This document shows positions 27,111-41,101 of a stretch of 64,000 nt of DNA, piece by piece. Within the stretch, counting starts at the first letter, position 1. Each line of letters opens with the position of its first letter. The stretch is from positions 2,287,498 through 2,351,497 of the forward strand of contig CM082589.2 in NCBI GenBank assembly GCA_040954595.2, read 5' to 3'. Below the pieces are notes generated by a model, which worked only from the letters and a program-made list of their open reading frames with translations, was not told the origin of the DNA and made no database searches. The position numbers and the translations under genes were made by a program. The stretch comes from Balanoglossus misakiensis (taxonomy: Eukaryota > Animalia > Hemichordata).

Positions 27111-30100
27111 CCAAATTCTTACCAACCGCTCAATTGTTATTCCTTCAAACAATTCTACTCAAATGAATCAAGCTAATGCTACTGACTCTAATAAGGGATT
27201 ACTTAAAATCGGCCTTTGGTCGTCACAAAACAGGCACTCGAGAATCATCAGTCAATTTCCAAATCAAACTGAATCTAAACATGACATTCTAACATAAATA
27301 TTTGATTTCTGGTTAAACCCTTGATGTAATCATCAGGCGGTGTCTTGGGGTGAGGTCAAAATGTTTTGTTGTTCATCGGAGGTTTGGATACCTTAAATAA
27401 ACCCCCACCGCGGTAATTTAGATCGCTATGAATTCATGTTTAGGAGGCGATGTAAATCAAAACGCAGGCCTCATAAATGGCACAATGAGGCCAACTGGGA
27501 GTCCGTGTCAATCCAAATTAAACGTACGGCTGCCCTGATAGTGTTTCTGATGTTGCGAACCCCTGTGCGTTCATCAATACTGTGTAAAGCCGTCTTGCGG
27601 AGAGATGTACCGGCGTGTCGACTGCAGTGTACAACCAAATTGAATAAACCTACAAACAACTTGCGCAGTGTTATGATGCGGGGTGTGGTTGTCTTGACTT
27701 GCCTATGGCTACCATTTGCAATTTGTATTGACAATATATCTAGGGTTGATGCATGATAATTTCGCCGTAATACAAGAATAAACAGCACGACAGATATAGC
27801 AAGAATGCAACTGATTAAACGCCATTTATCTTGAAGAGTTTCCTATGCTATGGTCATATTCTGTTCGACTGGGTTGGCTATTTATCACTCTCCTAAGCAG
27901 CCCCATTCTATTTAAATTAGCCAGCATTGGCATTTTCCTATAGAATTGAAAAACAAAGCTTTGGAATTTAGATCTTAGGGCCAGGTGTACAGGACTTTCA
28001 TTTTGTCAAAGTCTGTCCCAGGTGTGTGTAAACTGTCATGTGATAAACTGACCTCCGTCGAAGCTTCGGGAAAAAGGTCAACTTGATAATGGCGCAGCAG
28101 AGTAGAAAGTGAAAGACGTTGGCAGAACATCTTCTTTTGGGTGCAGAAAAAGAGATTGCCCACGTCACTGTGACTGAGGTGGCATTATTGATGGTCCTTT
28201 TGACCCGTATAGATAAGGAAACTTCATTGAGCTAAACGCTGATGGACAATTCGAGGGGAATTAAGGTGATCGCTCGAAAACACCAACTAATTGCCTTTAA
28301 ATGAGACTTCACTTGTTGTTTTCTTTTCCGTGTTGTTTGAGTCCATTCAAGCTCCCTTGGTGGCCAAGTCGCATCACGCTCACTTGGAGCGCATCGTTTC
28401 ACTACGATTGCATATACAAGGAGCTGCCACGCGCGCGCGCGTCATACATATACAGCTGATTCACCGGAGACGCAGATTTTGACTCATTTTGCTTTCAGAG
28501 CTGTAATTTTCTCAATTTTCCCTCGAATGGGGATTTTCTAGGGGCGGGTATTAAACTGTTTCAATTTGACTTGAGCGTGAAATGAGCATCGGCCCCAAAC
28601 ACATGCCAATTTTGTTTCTTTACAGTCGGCCAATTGAAGTCCTCGTGTCAAACACGATTGCATTCTTTGCCTAAACCATCTACATCCTGTCCACATACTA
28701 AGTCCACTTTTTATGGCACATGAACATGTCATGCAAACTACATCATTGGATAAAAGGATTTAAAAGATAATCCCGTATAATTTGAAGGTTTCGATAACTC
28801 TTAAAACGCGAGATAAGCTTTAATATAACTCACAATCCCATTAAAGGTGTTGTTGCCATTGCATATCGCAATTAACACTTTATAAATCTATTCGCATAAA
28901 CATATTTTAACTGCCACGCCATAATGCATATGTGTCTTTAAAATGAATGCCAAGCTTCCTGAAAACTCATCGAATCTCCAAGAACACTGCTATATTCTTT
29001 TTATTTATTTCTGAGTTAAATTCTTCCCTGTATTTCATTCTTACGAGCGCCGTCACACACCCCTTTACAGAGCGCGCGCCAGCTTAGGCGCACCAGCACA
29101 GTTAACGTTTACGAGCGGCTTTAATTAAATTGCCAATCTCAGCCGTAATATCGCGGCCCTCAACCTTAAGTAGCCGTCCGCTGTGACATTCTTCTTGTTT
29201 TATGCTAGATGACAAACTAGCTGTCGTAATCGGACTGACGTTGCTTATGAAGGCGAGGCAAAGGAGCGCAGCGCGCCACAAAGCTAGATTGCCGACTCAA
29301 TTAAATAACATACGCGTTACATTTGACTTTACATGTAAAGTTAGTCACCTCCCGTTCACCCGTCACATTGCCCTTTTTGCAAAACTTTGTGAAAGGGGGA
29401 CGGAGCAAGGTTTTAGGACACGGCGTGAAATGCATTTTTGAGTGGGGAGGGGGGCTTCATTAGACCAACGGAGAAAACAAATCACATCTGTTTACCTGTG
29501 AATCGCCTCCAAGCGACTATGACGGAGAATTCCACGGATGATGAAGTGATGGTGTTGTCAGATTATATTTTTTCTCCCTTGGTCAGTCATGTCCATTACG
29601 GAATTACATGGCACCTGCGTCCAAGGCGCTGCGCGTGTCTGGCATGGAAAATAAATGAAAACACCGAAATGAGCATAGAACGGTGTAATTACTAAGAGCT
29701 TGTACTTTTCAGCGTGAAGTCAATGTTATTCTTATGTCGCAGTTTGTTACCTGGTGTCTGTACAACGGTAGGTCATAGGATCATCACGCTTCGCTGGAAG
29801 TGTTCTTCTCTGAATTCAACTGCCATTTTTTCTGAAGAGCATGGAAGATCAAAGACTTTAGTACCACCTGTCACTAAGCGAGGCGTCTATATGCAAATTT
29901 ACAACTTCAGTTTTACATTCATTAGTTATTTGACTAATATTAGATTTAAGGACGAGATCTACATATTTTTTGGCGATTTTTGCTTGATTTGAAATTTTGA
30001 AACCCGGTAATATGACCATCGCAAAATATTTCACATGTCAGCAAATTTGTGCTCTGTTTGGTTCAGCGACAGCTGTTTGTTTTCACTGGCCATTTTCACG

Positions 30101-31335
30101 GTAGCCTAATGACCTTATGTAAATTTCGTGGAGTGATCCAACTTTTACAAAGTTATCTGACCAGCTGAGAAGAGCACGCCAGGGTCGAGGTGGTAGAAGT
30201 ACGCCATTATCAACCTGCTCTCTTTTACCTCGGAGAATAATGCCCAAGTACTTCGCTGCTATTGTCTGACTCATAAATGTGTTGCTTCGGTTTCTTTACT
30301 CTGATAGATAGACAGGTGGAATTTTGTTAATTGGACTCGGGAGACAATCCGCCGTAAAGGCCAAGCCAATAAAAGAGATACCGCTGAGGGCTATGGCTTA
30401 ATCTTAAACGAGGATGCCACTTCGCTTTGTACTTGATTTCCCGGAGTAAAACAATCCGTGGAATTGGCACTAAAAATCAAGCTGTCCACGACCCACGAGA
30501 GTTGAAATTCTAATTCCGCTTTACTGCTAGCGCGAGCGACGTGGGTAATATCTGTCGACGGCTACGTCAAATCCACCTTTATGGAATTTTGAGCTGCGAA
30601 GTGCGCGGTCTCTTTGCGCGCTTTGTGAGATGGATTGGCACCGGATTTGATATTTCTTGTCCGATTGACATGGATAATAATCCCAAGAAACAGTGGAAGC
30701 CACTTAAGCAAAGTGCAAGTAAACGACCCACGCACACAAAATAAAAGCAAAGGCGAGTTTACGCCGAAACGCGATTTAAACAAAAACACATGCACAGGTG
30801 TTGAAAAAGTTCTCAGTCCCAGGCATCTGCCTGCATTGACATGTGGCATGGCTTTTCGTTTGTTTTACATATGTCAACAAATAATTCGGTGATAATTTGT
30901 AATGACATCGACATTCCGTGGTACACACCAGATGTTGTTGTCTCAGATGTATTCATGGTTGAAAGTGCAAGCGCCGATCTAATATTGGACATTTTAGCCT
31001 GTCAAATTATACTCTATTGTATATATCATCCCACAAGACCTAAAATAAACCAAAATATTATTACCGCCGAAAGAATGGCAAATAAGTCAACTTATTATCT
31101 TTCGGCTGTTTGGTTTGTAGTGTTTTCCATGATGAATCGTTAAAAATATGGTTGCGGCTAATTTATCGATTTTCAGGGGGTCTGTTTGTTCGCACAGCAG
31201 TTAATTAAAACACACGCCTAGAGGGGAAGCCGCATACTGATTCGCGACGGCAACATCTTGCCCCGAGACGACCTTGCCGAGGTGATGTACTCCCGTAGCC
31301 GAAGATGCCAAGCCCAGATAAGATAAACACCCTAC

Positions 31336-31521
31336 CTGACCCCCTCTCAGCTATCACGGCGTGATCGGCTCGCTCCATCAATGCCATGCACCGCGTGTGC
31401 GCCGGCGTGGACGGTTACGGTGGTTTTAGAGGGATTGACTGAAATCAGACGCAGGCCTTAATGTTTCTTCTTAATGGCCCATTGAACACACGTGCTCGGA
31501 ATTCAGTTCTGTTGGCATAAC
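31336..31521 (-). ncRNA. Candidate non-coding internal exon (lncRNA or distal UTR exon)
   Basis: Acceptor tttccccctttttgcag| and donor CAG|GTAGGG bound 186 nt with stops in all three frames. An upstream donor CCG|GTGAGT lies at 32083/32082. Confidence 0.25.
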
Positions 31522-34500
31522 CTGCAAAAAGGGGGAAATCATACAATATTTTACAGCCTACCTTGTTGTTGTTGAAACTGAGGAATATGTACTGACAATT
31601 CACAGCCTTTGTTCAATTGACCCCTCAAAAAGTAATATAGGTTGTTCAAAACAACTTTGATAGACACGATTAGAGTTAATTTTGAACTTTAATTCCGCAT
31701 GGTATTTATCGACCAATTTCGAACTAAACGCCGCGTCATACGTTTTACAGGAAAATAATATCTGTCGCCTTGTATGGTAAACGACGCCGATGTCAGTTCA
31801 CATTAAGTGTCGCATCGAATGTTCCAAACCAAAGAAGTCGTTGGCAGGGAAGCGCCAGGCTCTGAATTGAACGACCAAGAATCATTTGGCCGCACTTGAC
31901 TTTAGAGTCGAAAAGAAGAGCAAAAGTCGACAATCTACGAGATAAAGTCAGTATTTCAGAACAAACGGGACGGAGGTCAGCTAGGCAACCGTAGGTGGTC
32001 GAGCAATTTAACTACCCTGTAATTACTATTAGGTCTAGAGCTCGCACAACGAGCACGCCACTGGAACATTATGGAAACTCACCGGAGCGCCGGGTCCCCT
32101 CCTCGGCCGACACTCTCACGTCATTTTCCAATCTTAGCGGGCGTCAAATTGTCCGTGTAACAGCCACTGCATCCGATACAGCAATGGCAACACCGCTTTT
32201 AATGATTCTGTCAAATTTCCTTCGCAACGACGCCGGCGAAATTACATGGACGGGACATTGTTGATGCGGAGCCCGCCACTTTCTGTAATTATTCATTCTC
32301 GTGTTCGTTTGCTTTTAACCTAACTGCATACGGTGTCCCCCACATGCCTTAAATCAGTGGGATGACAAGCCGGACAATTTTTTACGGCGTTGCAGGAATT
32401 GAACAATTTCTTTTCATTAATAGCCTGGCTTCTTAATCAAGCGATGATTGAAACAATAACGGTGGTGATTATACGCCTTGGCCTCCGGGTATGTGTGCGG
32501 TTATTCTCGGCTCACCGAACACACAGAAGCAGCGGCCATATTGCCAGACGGTTTGCCAGTCGATTTTTAACCAAGTCATATTTTTTCATGTTTATTTTGG
32601 ATAACTCTGCGTGAATGCGTCATTTGTTAAATTGAAGTTGTCGCATTACAACGTTAACAATTCCGCCCTCTGCATATAAGGTTTTCACTCACGCAGTGTT
32701 GAGCTTGATTCGATTGCATTGCATATAGACATCATTGGAAATAGGTCGACACGAATATTAAAGATATCAGCATTTTTATTAGAAATCCTTTCTGCCATTT
32801 TATCGGTATCGAGATGTCAATACCTCTCCTAGTATGACTAATGCATCACCCGTGCCCCGAAGGATTTCCTGCGCACACAACATATACACGGGTAGAACGT
32901 GAGTAGCACGCTTTCTGTGGGTTGGATAAAAATCTGTGTGTACTTGGGGTCGCTTAAAGGGCGTTTCAATTTCACTCCAGCGAAATGTGAAATGCTAAAT
33001 TTAGTTTGGAGTTGCCACAAATGTGAAATAGCGATGTCAATCTCTTCTTAAATCAGTAACGTCTGCATGGACATTGTGTTTATATTGTTTGGTATCGGTT
33101 TACTATTGGTCGAAGTTGCCGGTAGAAACAAAATTATAACTTTTGATAGGTTGCTCATCCATGTATTTTAACTTACAACACATGCACTCAGGGTACAGGT
33201 ATAAACGAAAATACGGTCACTGCGGTTACAAGCGCCAGAACAGTCGTATTTGCGACGTTCCTCCTACAAATATTTCGGGGGTTGTCAGAACCAAACCAAT
33301 CAAAAAGTGGACACGTGGCAATAAGACACGATAGAAAGTGGTCTGCATAATGGCGGAAACCATCTGACCGGATTAGGAGAAAATTTTATTCAGAAACAAG
33401 TCGAGCTGGTTGATTCGTATTCTCTAGTGAGTCCATATGTATCATGTACAGACATCTGTAAGTCTTTTACAGGCCGAAGTTAATGGAGCGTACATTATAT
33501 GCATGTTTTACATACATACACGCTCCTGGTTGGTACAAGCATGTCGTCTGCTCAAAATATTGTGCGGTGTGTTTAGTACCAGAATTCGCTCTAAATTATA
33601 AAAAGACAAGACGATGTTTATCGTTTTTTTTCCAACTGCGAATCCATTTGTCACAATTAGACGGGAAATTGAGTTGTGTCAGGTAATTCCAGCGTAAAAT
33701 ACAAATGTTCTGACGCAGTGCGTCCAGCATAGAATGCGCAGGCACACGCCAGCGGACTGATTTGGTGCGCAGTAAGGTCGAGGCAGAGACCCTGAAATAT
33801 TAAAATGCGCAAATCGTAGGTGTGGAGGCCAAGGGGTCGCCGAATTATAAAATTACTCAGCGCCTTTTCCAGACGAACGAGAAACATTTGCTGGCAACGG
33901 ATGAAACTCGACAGGAAAGGGATTTGAAAAGTGAATATCGTGAATCATATCGTCCATACATAACGCCACAATGAGCTTTCTATTAACTGAAAAACCTGGT
34001 GGCTTTGGATTCATTAAGGACAGTTGTAGACAATCGTGCTACCTTTCCCCAAAGATCGGTTTTTATTTCATGCATTCGCAGCCAAAGGCGTTCAGGAAAA
34101 TACTGTGTGGAGGCAGCTGTTCGTCTTTGTCCCCAGGAGCACTTTTATTCCTTTGATTACCTCTATATCGACTAGCCTTCTGGCTGCTTGGCACAGTTCA
34201 CTTAGAAATTGTCACATTTTGTCGTCTGCGTAAAAATAAATACAGGGGAACGTCCAAAGCCTATCAAAATTCAACACACCGAGCAAGAAACCTTTAAGAT
34301 GCAAGCTGTTGTTGTATCTCCCCAAACACATCGTCACGCAGAACTGTAACACTAATTTATTCCCAGAAGAATACCAGAGTCATGCTACCCGGCTACCAAA
34401 TTTAAGGAAGGTCTACTCTGCTAAGCTACCTTACAAAATAAAATAGTGTATGAGACCACTTTTTGCTCTCTATTTATTGTATAGCCTATCCACCATAACT

Positions 34501-35999
34501 ACGTTTCCAGAAAGCCATTTAAATCTAAATTATAATTTTTTTTCTGAACTTGTTCTGCGTCGATGTAAGTTCTCGTTTCGAAAGCCGGCCAGCGGGGATC
34601 CCTGTGCACGCGCCCACTATTCGTCTCCATTTTGGTTTGAAGGCAAATCAGAATTCAGAAAGTCGTCACCGCATAGGGCAGTTCTCGAGAGTCCCTCTGT
34701 TCTGAGCTACCCATGGGCTATGCCGAGATCGCTAGATTGTTTTCAACAGCAACCCTAAGATTAAACTTTAGACCCTCGAGGACCTAGGATGCCCCAAAAC
34801 GCGTTGTAACGAGACCTGAGTTTGTCTTAATGGCGGTTGCATCGATCGGTTTTGAAAACAGAACTTTCGATTAAGAGTGACCGCGATAGCTTTGTTACAC
34901 CATCAACGCAAATTGGACGGTTTAGATGAGCTGAACACCTAAATTATAAATATCAAAAAGCAGTCTATCAGTCTTATCCACGCCTTAAATGTGCATATAG
35001 TCCAAATTCACGTCACATAAAGATTTAGACGATTTACTCTCGGTATCTGAGTTTATAAGCGCCATCAATTACGGATTTTACAGACTTGGCATTCTCTAAT
35101 CGGGCTATTTTTCTAAGGTTATAAATAACTGACAATTACTTCATGTGGATAGGCCAAAAATGTTCCAGTTGAGGAATCACTCTGTGATAAGATCAACCAT
35201 GGGGAATCCATATATATATAAAAAAAATACAAGATGGAAAGTACAATGTTATGTTATTAGAGAATTTAATAAAGGGACATGTATCTTGTGAGGTTCGCGA
35301 CTACGTACACAGAAATACGCCCTCTGTGGAGTATTTGCACGAATACGCTGTGGTTTGGCGTTTCATAATGTGATATAAACAGCAACTTTCTTTCATATCA
35401 TGCTTCTTATAAAGACGTGAGAGGTCAGGGTTCAAAGGTTAGAGGAGAAGACGTGAGGTCGTGGGAAATTACACCGCATAAGTGCCAAAACATCACCACT
35501 AAATATGTGTAATGTAATTATCGATTGTAATAGGCCGCCGAGACGCACGTAGTTTTCAGGTAAAATTGGTATTTTTGTCATAACTCCTCGGGCAGCGATT
35601 TACATGCTAAATTATATCTTTGAGGCATGACTTCGTGTATAAATTCAGCGCTTGACTTCTAGGCCCAAGCTACGTCAATTAATTAATTATGGATATTTGC
35701 ATAAGTACGTGCGTAATGCTACTTTGATATTCATAATGGGAAACTTCACATCTTTCGCTTTTCAGGCATGTAAAAAATTATACAATCATTAGCAAAAATA
35801 AAATAAAATGTGTATAGTAAGCTTAAGTTCATTTCGATTTCTTAAAACCCTCACAAATCTACTAACACACCTGATGTAGCATTTTGCCATCCCCACTTTG
35901 TTTCTTTCCAATCCAGAAAAGTTAGTTCCACCGTTCTACCAGGGCCATCACCAAAGTTCCCGGATCACAGTTACCACTGAGTTACTACTTTGAGTCTTG

Positions 36000-36095
36000 A
36001 GAGAGCTGAGCCAGTTTTTTGGAGGCATGTTCTTGTAAATAGTCGAAATGGTCCTTAATGCGGTATGCCAATGAATAGAGCTTCCACTGTTCCTC
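36000..36095 (-). mobile_element. Possible decayed LINE RT-thumb fragment
   Basis: KDHFDYLQEHASKKLAQL resembles the WxxHIxxIxxKASKKLxxL motif. Short, could be chance. Confidence 0.2.
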
Positions 36096-37930
36096 CCCCC
36101 GTGCATACAAATTCAAAGTTTAAAGGGTGACGGAAATTTCTGTTTACACCAGGCGAAAATTGGATAAAAGTAACACCTTGATTACCTTAAATCCCTGGAG
36201 ATTCCCCCAGACACGTTGTTCCCATGGAAACGCGGTTTTCAATTACACTCGCCCGGAGAGCATTACTTCCAAATAAACCGTCGACGATAGATAGGTAATG
36301 AAAGGGGCACTCCCTGTATGAGCAAACAAGTCCTGCTTTTGTCTTTAATTCAATTACATTAAAATTTATCGCGCAATTAATTTTGATAATACGCACTATT
36401 TTGATTGTAAAATGTATTTTATTCTCCCTGGAATTTTCTTTAAAACCCGTTCGATTATCCTCATAAATTCGGTCAGCATGACATCGTCGTTCTACATCAC
36501 TCAGCTATAAGTAAAATGGACTTTCGGGCGGCTGAGGAAAGAGTAAACAGCGCGAAATAAAAGAGCAAATCAAATCAACACTGTTCGTTACGTCCACACA
36601 TTCCGGGGTTACAGAAATACAAAAAAAAAAGACTTACTCCAAAAAGTCGGTGAAATGAATTGAATATATCGGCGCAGGCCACATTTAATCTACCGTTGGA
36701 TTATTATTCAACGCTGTGGCTCACGAGAAAATGCGCTATATGCGGACTGTATAAAACTCCACGGAGCGAGACTACGGAAAAGCTTTTCGGTTACTAGCCA
36801 GCTGTCAATCTTTTGAGTTAGCCCTTGAATTTCGGCTAACACCAGGACTAGTCAATTGCATCTCTCGGTGTATAGCCACGATAAATGCTTCCAATTCCTC
36901 CCACACGGGGATTTTTGCTTTCTCTAATAAGCCTCCATGCATGCTGCACGAGCTTTGCGGATTTAGAAAACATAATTTGATTTCCGCCTGGAAAAAAATT
37001 GACAACTATTCCATTTAAATCGGACTGATCTGTGGCAAACGCTGTCAATCCGAATTACGAAAGGCGGGAGTCAAACGCAACGATTTGACTGGAAATGTGT
37101 ATTTAAAAAATCATAATGCTTTGATGTTGAGACGTGTGCGTGGGTATACACTGCATAGCGTAAATATCCGAGTCTAGTCAAAAAGTTGCACTCAGCGTCT
37201 TGGAATGTCATTTTCAGAAAATATTAGTCATGTTTTGTTCTCTGCCTCAAGGCGTATTATTATACCACGAAGAATCATTGTCAGAAATATCAAGTACATT
37301 TTGCTATTTAAAAGGGCTGATTTTTTGACATCTGTTTGCTAGACACTCCCAAAACATGCAATCTATTCTCTCCGTTTACCGTCCTGGGTTGATTATATCC
37401 GCCATGAATATTTCATTCCCACTATCCCTAAGTTGAACGACCCATTGGGTCTTTTCGATGCGGCACGCGACAAAACACCCGCATCAGTGTTTTCCCAAAT
37501 AAGGATTTCCGAGAGAGAGAGAGAAGAAACTAATGACTTATCAGACGAATCTGGCATCGCCAATTTGAAACATGACAGTTTATTTCATATTCATTTGACC
37601 CGTTGACCTCTGTAATTATGGAACAGGCTTTGTGACTGCAAATATGTTGTTTTGTATGTACATAATATTTGAGTGTTCGCTCCAGGCGTAATTAGGTTTC
37701 CCGCAAAGAGTGTGAGCGTTGTGTCTGATGACCCAGCCTCGTCCGCGTCGCTTTTATTTCTACCTTTACGTTTCCGTTCGTTTAAAGATGCATTGTCATC
37801 ACTTTCGTCCCATTTTCCTTGCCGAGGCAAATTTAACCTCCTTTGATATTATGAATCTTAATGGCAATGCATGGACATATGCTATCCGGAGCTGATTTCA
37901 TATTATATCTGTATCACAGACTGTACGTCG

Positions 37931-37978
37931 GTCTGTCTGTCTCAGAGTCTGTCTGTCTGTCTTTATCTGTCTCTCCCT
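37931..37978. repeat. Imperfect (CTGT)n repeat
   Basis: Directly visible. Confidence 0.8.
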
Positions 37979-40900
37979 CAGCATATTGATAACCACTCAT
38001 GTTTAGCAAAGTCTCTAAAGTTAAGTTGGTTGAATTCAGGGATTTAGCTCAAACGCTGTACAAAATTCCAAACACGTATTTTGTGGTCACGGATTCAGAT
38101 ATTTTTCACCACCACAACGGGCCACATCACATTAGCCTTCATTCCATATTCATGAGCCACTAATGCAATGAGCGTTACATTAACAGGCTGAAAATGAAAT
38201 ATTTATAGGCCATTTGAATCGGAGATCGTGAAAACAGATAATTTGTAGAATTGCCGTATTTTTTGCAAGTAAAGGGGTAGGGAGGAGTCGGGCAGAGCGA
38301 ACCCATCCGGCCATCATCAGCGAATACGGGATGCATTCTCCGACTGTCCGAACGTTTTCGGCAACTGACACAGCGCCATCTTGTGGCAACAGTCTATATT
38401 ACCTTCCACGGGGAACAGGTTATAAATGATGCCTGACAGACACCATCAATCTTAACTCTAAACACAAAATTGTACATGTCTTGGGAAAGCCGCTCGACTA
38501 TTAATCATCTGCTCAAATAACGGTTTTCGGGAAAACCGCTACGCTTGTAGGGTTAAGAAAAAAACAGTGTTGTGTCAAGCTGAGATTTCGCGAACAAACA
38601 AACAGCTCCCAGCTGCAGCATAAACAAATTTTCGACTGTAGATAATTTGCCATGCTTTCAACATTTAAATGAGGAATTTCACAAACACACTTGTTAGTAT
38701 GCTAATTTCCATTTACACAAGAACAGTCGTTGCATATTTACATATTGTTTTCTAGCATTTCGTGCGCGGAGATACCCAAGAACAAAATAACGCCCTCAGT
38801 GCTTCTTTGGTACAAATGCAGTCCGAAATGCTGCGTAAGCATAGAAAATGCATGTTTACACGGTAGCTAAAATATCGAATGTCGCCCCCAGTCTCCTGTC
38901 GCAAAGATTCTTTCTCTCATTTCTGACGTCTGTTTCAATATTTTCATATTTTTTGTCGCATTTTTTTCTGGTTTCCTGACCAAAGCACCAACCAGTTTAT
39001 TAATTTGCACAAAATATTAAAACTGATATAAACAATTGCTATTGAACATTAACTGGTGTCATGAATGGGACCCTCTATTGGCCACAACACCTTTATGAAG
39101 TCAGAACAGCGCATGCCTCGAGGATATGCGATGCAATTGGTCGAGATATTCACCGTTCATTGGAGGATTTAATTAGCCTGATTATTTCACAAATTTTCCC
39201 ACGTGTATGCATCAGTTGACTTATTTATAACCAATTTTACATACCGATTTTTTTTTCTTTCAAATCGTGTCGTCCGCGTCCACCGACTCAATGTGACATG
39301 ATGGTCCCACGCTCAGAAATGACCTTCAGAATATTTGACACGCCTTAGGCTTGTAGGATCGGATGCTATGAAGACGGCGATCTCTTTGAGATTTTGATAA
39401 ATCACGATAATATTAGTAGTCGGTGATAATGGTGTAAATGGGATGAAACCAGTAATCGAGCATCGTATGGCTGTGACGTAACACGCATATGTCGGTCGCG
39501 GAGGCAAGCCTAGTCTGTGGTGCGTCCGAATCATTCAACATGGAAGTTTGTACTCGTCCCAGAACGAATAAAAACATCTCTATATTAGACACATTTATAC
39601 TTGAAAGTCTGGAAAGTTGTATCTCCAAATCAAGCAGCGAGACAACAGTGCCAATCAGTGAGGATTCTCAAAACTAGAGACGGCAAAGATTCGCTAAATT
39701 GTGCAAAACACTCACATATCATTTGAAAGATAGTGCGAGTGGTCTTCATTATTATTCATGCGGCCCCCTGGACAATGATTTTTGTTTCGCCAAAGAGCTG
39801 TGAAAGTGTCAAAGACCCATCGCACTCAAGAACAATGCTTTGACAGGACAATGAACTGGACGGTACAAATATACATGTACATTAGACCGTTGGTGGCGAG
39901 CGTCTTTCGTAACGGCACACTGAAGTCGAGATGTTTGTTGGTTCACATTGCGTTGTGTATTAGCAGATTCAATTTCTCTCTAAACGCGTTTGTTGAGGCT
40001 AATCTTATTTTTGACAAGCATTGAAGTTGAAACTCTCACGAACTCATTTGGTTCGAACTGTGGTCTACATTAGAGACATCTTCACGTAGAAAAGGAAGAT
40101 AGCCAAGACGTCTCACTGGTTTGAAATTGATGCAGCCAGTTTCAGGCTCTGGTGACCTTCGACCATCGCTTTCATGATTACAAAAGGGGGCTAAAACCAT
40201 AACCAAGTATCACCAAGAGATCATGTTGTCTCAAACCCCTTTGTTGAATTAAATAACAGATTACACGACCCTTTCACACTGGACCCCCTTTCCCGGGGCT
40301 TTTGTGTATGGCCACTGGCGGCTGTAGCACCATTCGACGCGGCGCTCAACAATGTGATGGGTAGACTCATCAATTGTACGCTTTACAGCCACCCGACAAT
40401 GCCACTCACAGCATTTCTATGAAAACCCTAGCGGCCATGATCATTTCGTCCATTGAACAATTTTCCAATTCTCCGCAGAGCGCCTGGTACCCAGCCTTTA
40501 GTTTTTCCCCGCTAATTACCCGCCCTGGTTTTAATATATAAGAACACAACGTGACCTTGGCGCAAAACAAGACACGGCTGGCCGTTTTTTTGGCCAGTCG
40601 CTCACTAAAGAAATTGCCCATCGCATCAACATAACATCTTTTGAATTTCCGCTCAGGGCAATTATCTTCAATTTAGAGACCTTCTGAACCGAGGGTCTAA
40701 TAAGTGGTCAAGTACAGACTAAAGTAGATTATAATTTTCTGGATGCATGTGAAACAGGCGGCATCTTTTTCTCAACAAGGAATTAACCAAATTATGATTA
40801 TTTCATAGCAGTCTCATCATACCGAAAGTCTACCAAGTACTAATTGGCCAATTAACGTTATGATTTTCGCAAAGGTCTGATGACGTTATAGACACTGATA

Positions 40901-41073
40901 TCATGGATGTGCTTTAAACATGGAAATTACCACTGTAACGCGCTCAAGCAATTTCTTTGTCATCATGAAAGCTCAAGAAATGGTGACAAATCACCAATTA
41001 TCAAATCGTGATCGTACCAAGTTCAAAGTTGAACGATGGACAACCAAATAGGAGAACGTCTTTCTTTGCGATA

Positions 41074-41101
41074 TCGAGTATAAACTCGAGTATAAACTCG
41101 A
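41074..41101. repeat. 12-bp tandem repeat TCGAGTATAAAC x2.3
   Basis: Directly visible. Confidence 0.8.

Noticed and set aside
22464-36356. Paired-type P3 palindromes TAATnnnATTA (22464, 35510, 36346) as autoregulatory sites
   Set aside because: About four are expected by chance in 64 kb at ~60% AT, so there is no enrichment.
11931-37215. miRNA-like 5' ends (TTTGGCACT 11931, TGAGGTAG 12090, TGGAAGACT 16149, TGGAATGT 37201)
   Set aside because: Only the seed matches; the rest differs from miR-96, let-7, miR-7 and miR-1, and no precursor hairpin is evident.
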